Shown here: positions 59,540 to 64,000 of the stretch, piece after piece
How positions within the stretch are numbered: position 1 is the first letter of the stretch
Layout of the letters: the number at the start of each line of letters is the position of its first letter
Assembly (NCBI RefSeq): GCF_009914755.1
Contig: NC_060939.1
DNA from: the human T2T-CHM13v2.0 reference genome, Homo sapiens
Strand: one strand, 5' to 3'
Length of the DNA stretch: 64,000 nucleotides
Made by a program: the position numbers and the translations under genes
Notes under the pieces: model-generated
What the model was told of the DNA's origin: nothing
Databases searched by the model: none
Seen by the model: the letters and a program-made list of their open reading frames with translations, nothing else

Positions 59540-59790
59540 CCCTGCTAACAGCACTTTCCTGATTTCCTCAAGCTGGCCGGCAATAAGTATTCCTAATTGT
59601 GCTTGTTAAAAAGTGGATTTATGAATCCCAATTAGGCCGCTTGCACTTACGTGGCAGCAGTTTTCGATACCACCAAACCTCCCTTCTTCCCAAGATGAAA
59701 TTATTTTTGGTGGGTGACAGGGTAATTACTAAAACATAAAAGGACCCACCCGGTACCACAGCAGCAGCTTCAGCAATTCTGTTAGGAGGC
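59540..59790. promoter_or_regulatory. Candidate conserved non-coding element / enhancer
   Basis: CTAATTG, GATTTATGA, CAATTAG, TTACGTGG, GTAATTA; retained CpGs; repeat-free. Confidence 0.4.
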
Positions 59791-60309
59791 CTTGAGGACA
59801 GGCAGGGTTTTGATGGCAAATCTAAACCCAAGTTCAGCGTCCCCAACTCTGTGACCCTCAGCACACAGGTATATCTCCTGGCTCTTTCTCCTTGGACCCA
59901 GTACCAACCTCCAGATGCCCTGCCTCGCCATTCATCCTGCTCCTGATTTCCCAGCTGCTCCCCAACTATACTGTGGGCCTTCTCCAGAGCAAATTCTTCC
60001 ACTCAAAAGGCCTTTCCTCAAACCTACTCTCCCCCAATCTTCCTTCCTTGACGCCTGGTCAGATGCAATCAGCAGCAGCCACCCACAGCCTCTTGCACCT
60101 ATTGCTGTTCAAGCATTTACTATATCTCTCTGACTCCTTGTGTTTGCCTCCTACACAATTGTGTTTGTCTTGTGTTCGTCTCCCGCACAATTAAGGAGCT
60201 ATAAGCTTCCCAAGGGCAAGGACCGGGTCTCATTCATCCTGGCTTCCCCAGTGCCTGGTTTGTAGTAGGCTGGCTCATTCGCTCATTCATTCATCTTCTT
60301 AGGACCTAA

Positions 60310-61455
<1,146 letters not shown>

Positions 61456-61729
61456 CAAATCTTTCTCTTGTTTTAGTCATTTAGGCACTCACTATGTGTG
61501 GAGGGTGTGGGTTCATGAAGGACTGAGCCCCAGTGGCCCGAACTCCTGTATGTCCCCCTCCTTGGGGTGGCTGAGTGTTGGGTATTCTTCCACTACTACA
61601 ACCTCCCTCAAGAGGTCAGCCCCCTGCTTGGCCCAGGAAGGACAGTACAGGTGACGGGCCTCTTTTTTCAATCAGTCATGATGGGGGAAATTTAATCAAC
61701 AACAGGACACTTTGCTACTTCAAGACATA

Positions 61730-62415
<686 letters not shown>

Positions 62416-63229
62416 TAAAGTACCTGTCATAGCATAAGTGCTATCCAAGGATTAGCTGTAATATTTCCCCAGATGGGGGAGTGAATCTCATTAATTGGTT
62501 TAGTGACGGGCAAGGCTTACAAAATGCATATTCATCTCAATCAGCACCCCCAAGCACTCATTTCTCCTTGAGCTGCACAGTTCTTTCCCCAACCTTCTCT
62601 CCTCTTAGCCCAAGCACGCCAGCCCCTCTCCTCCTGGGAGGAAGGGTCTTGCTGGAGAATACAGGCACAGGAAAGAACACGGCGTGTGTGGTCTGGCCAT
62701 TCCCGAGACCCTGAGACAAGGAGGCAGTGTGCAGCAAGGCCCAGGCTGGGCAGAGCAGCCAGCCAGAAGGGCCCGGCCCTGCCATCTGCTCTCCCAGCCA
62801 AGGTGAGTGGCCTGGCATGGATTCACACTTGGTCACGGCCCAGCACCTCTACCAAGTGCCCATTAGGGAGCAGAGCCAAGGCTCAAACCTGCAGGAGCCA
62901 TTTCCCATCCTGGGGAAGAGGCAGCAGCCCTGCCTGAAAAAGAGGCCTCTTCAGCATGCTTGCCCACCACCCACACTCCATTTTGCCTAAGAGTGGCAAT
63001 AAAAACCAGCTCTCTGCCCAGAAAGGCAATGGCTGAGGATGCTGTTCTCCGTAGGTAATATGGCCTTCAAGAGCCCTAGTGAGGAGCGGGGAGACCAGCG
63101 CTCAGTGGGTGGTGCCACCCTCTACCTTACCAGGCTCCTTAACTGGGTCTGGAAAATTCAAATGCTTCCTAATGATGCCCTTTGGAGGCAGGAACCTAGT
63201 GGGCTTAACCCATCTGGTCACATCTGGCA

Positions 63230-63600
63230 GACACACTCACACACCAGCGTTATGTTTACAAGCACACATTCACATATGGTCCTGCACACTTGAGCACACA
63301 CATGCACATATAAACAGCTTACATACATATACAATCATAGACACATGCACACAACCCCATGCACTCACACACACACGCACACTATCATACACACACTTAC
63401 ATGAATACATATATGCTCACATGAAGGCATATGTTTACAAGCACACACTCGCATAAGATCACACACTGAGGCATGCACACAGCACGTAACAGCTTACATA
63501 CATATACAGGCACATGCAAACATGCTCATATGCACACATTCACTCCCACCCACTGTCATGTCCACACCCACACTCACACTCACATGAACACACATACATA
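63230..63600. repeat. Degenerate (CA)n/(CATA)n low complexity
   Basis: Long cacaca/catgcaca array; taacagcttacatacatataca-like unit occurs twice. Confidence 0.85.
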
Positions 63601-63905
63601 CAGCAGCCCCTTATCCACAGTTTTGCTTTCTGCAGTTTCAGTTACCAACCACAGTCCAAAAATGTTAAATGGCAAATTCAAGAAATAAACAGTTCATGAG
63701 TTTTGACTTGCATGCAATTCTGAGTAGTGTGATGAAATGTCGTGCCCTCTTACTCCCTCCAGCCCGGGACATGAATCATGCCTTCGTCCAGTGTAGCCAC
63801 GCTGTAGACGCCCCCTGCCCATTGGTCACTTAGTGGCCATCTTGGCTATCAGATCGACTGTCGGTGGTATCTCAGTGCTTGTGTTCAAGTGACCCTTATT
63901 TTACT
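63601..63905 (+). mobile_element. MER44-family TcMar-Tigger element, interrupted by an Alu
   Basis: TA + cagcagccccttatccacagttttgctttctgcagtttcagttacc..ttctgagtagtgtgatgaaat..gcttgtgttcaagtgacccttattttact. Confidence 0.8.
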
Positions 63906-64000
63906 TTTTTTTTTTTTGAGACAGTCTCACTCTGTCACCCAGGGTGGAGTGCAGTGACATGATCTCAGCTCACTGCAACCTCCACCTCCCCATTTCAAGT
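63905..64000 (-). mobile_element. Alu, runs off the window
   Basis: T tract + gagacagtctcactctgtcaccc..ctcactgcaacctcc. Confidence 0.9.

Noticed and set aside
63079-63699. His/Thr-rich ORFs
   Set aside because: Artefact of (CA)n low-complexity sequence

Overview
Primate (most likely human) non-coding genomic DNA: intergenic, or inside one long intron. I could not recognise the locus from sequence alone. I found no protein-coding exon of a known gene, no tRNA/rRNA and no CRISPR array. The ORF track is explained by chance ORFs, Alu-derived ORFs and decayed L1 ORF1/ORF2 pieces. Much of the window is interspersed repeat: about 26 near-full-length Alus plus about 9 monomers or fragments (J, S and Y ages, many with readable target-site duplications, TSDs), several old L1s, L2, MIR, ERVL/MaLR solo LTRs (LTR33, LTR16, MLT1) and DNA-transposon MITEs (MER3, MER33, MER5, MER20, MER8, MER44, MER96). 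Repeat subfamily names come from my recollection of consensus sequences and need RepeatMasker/Dfam confirmation. Between the repeats lie about ten repeat-free, AT-richer blocks dense in homeodomain/POU/PBX/TCF/SOX-type motifs, which resemble the enhancer array of a developmental-gene regulatory domain (inference). The most concrete unusual structures are mutational scars readable directly in the sequence: a chained fold-back/templated inverted insertion at 31195-31336, a 47-bp inverted duplication at 49466-49668, an L1 3' transduction, an L1 twin-priming inversion, and a 30-bp TSD-flanked micro-retroinsertion. There are also several candidate plus-strand exons, including a 9-nt microexon-like signal, and a GC-box/TATA promoter candidate. 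I see no evidence for a new gene-encoded system.
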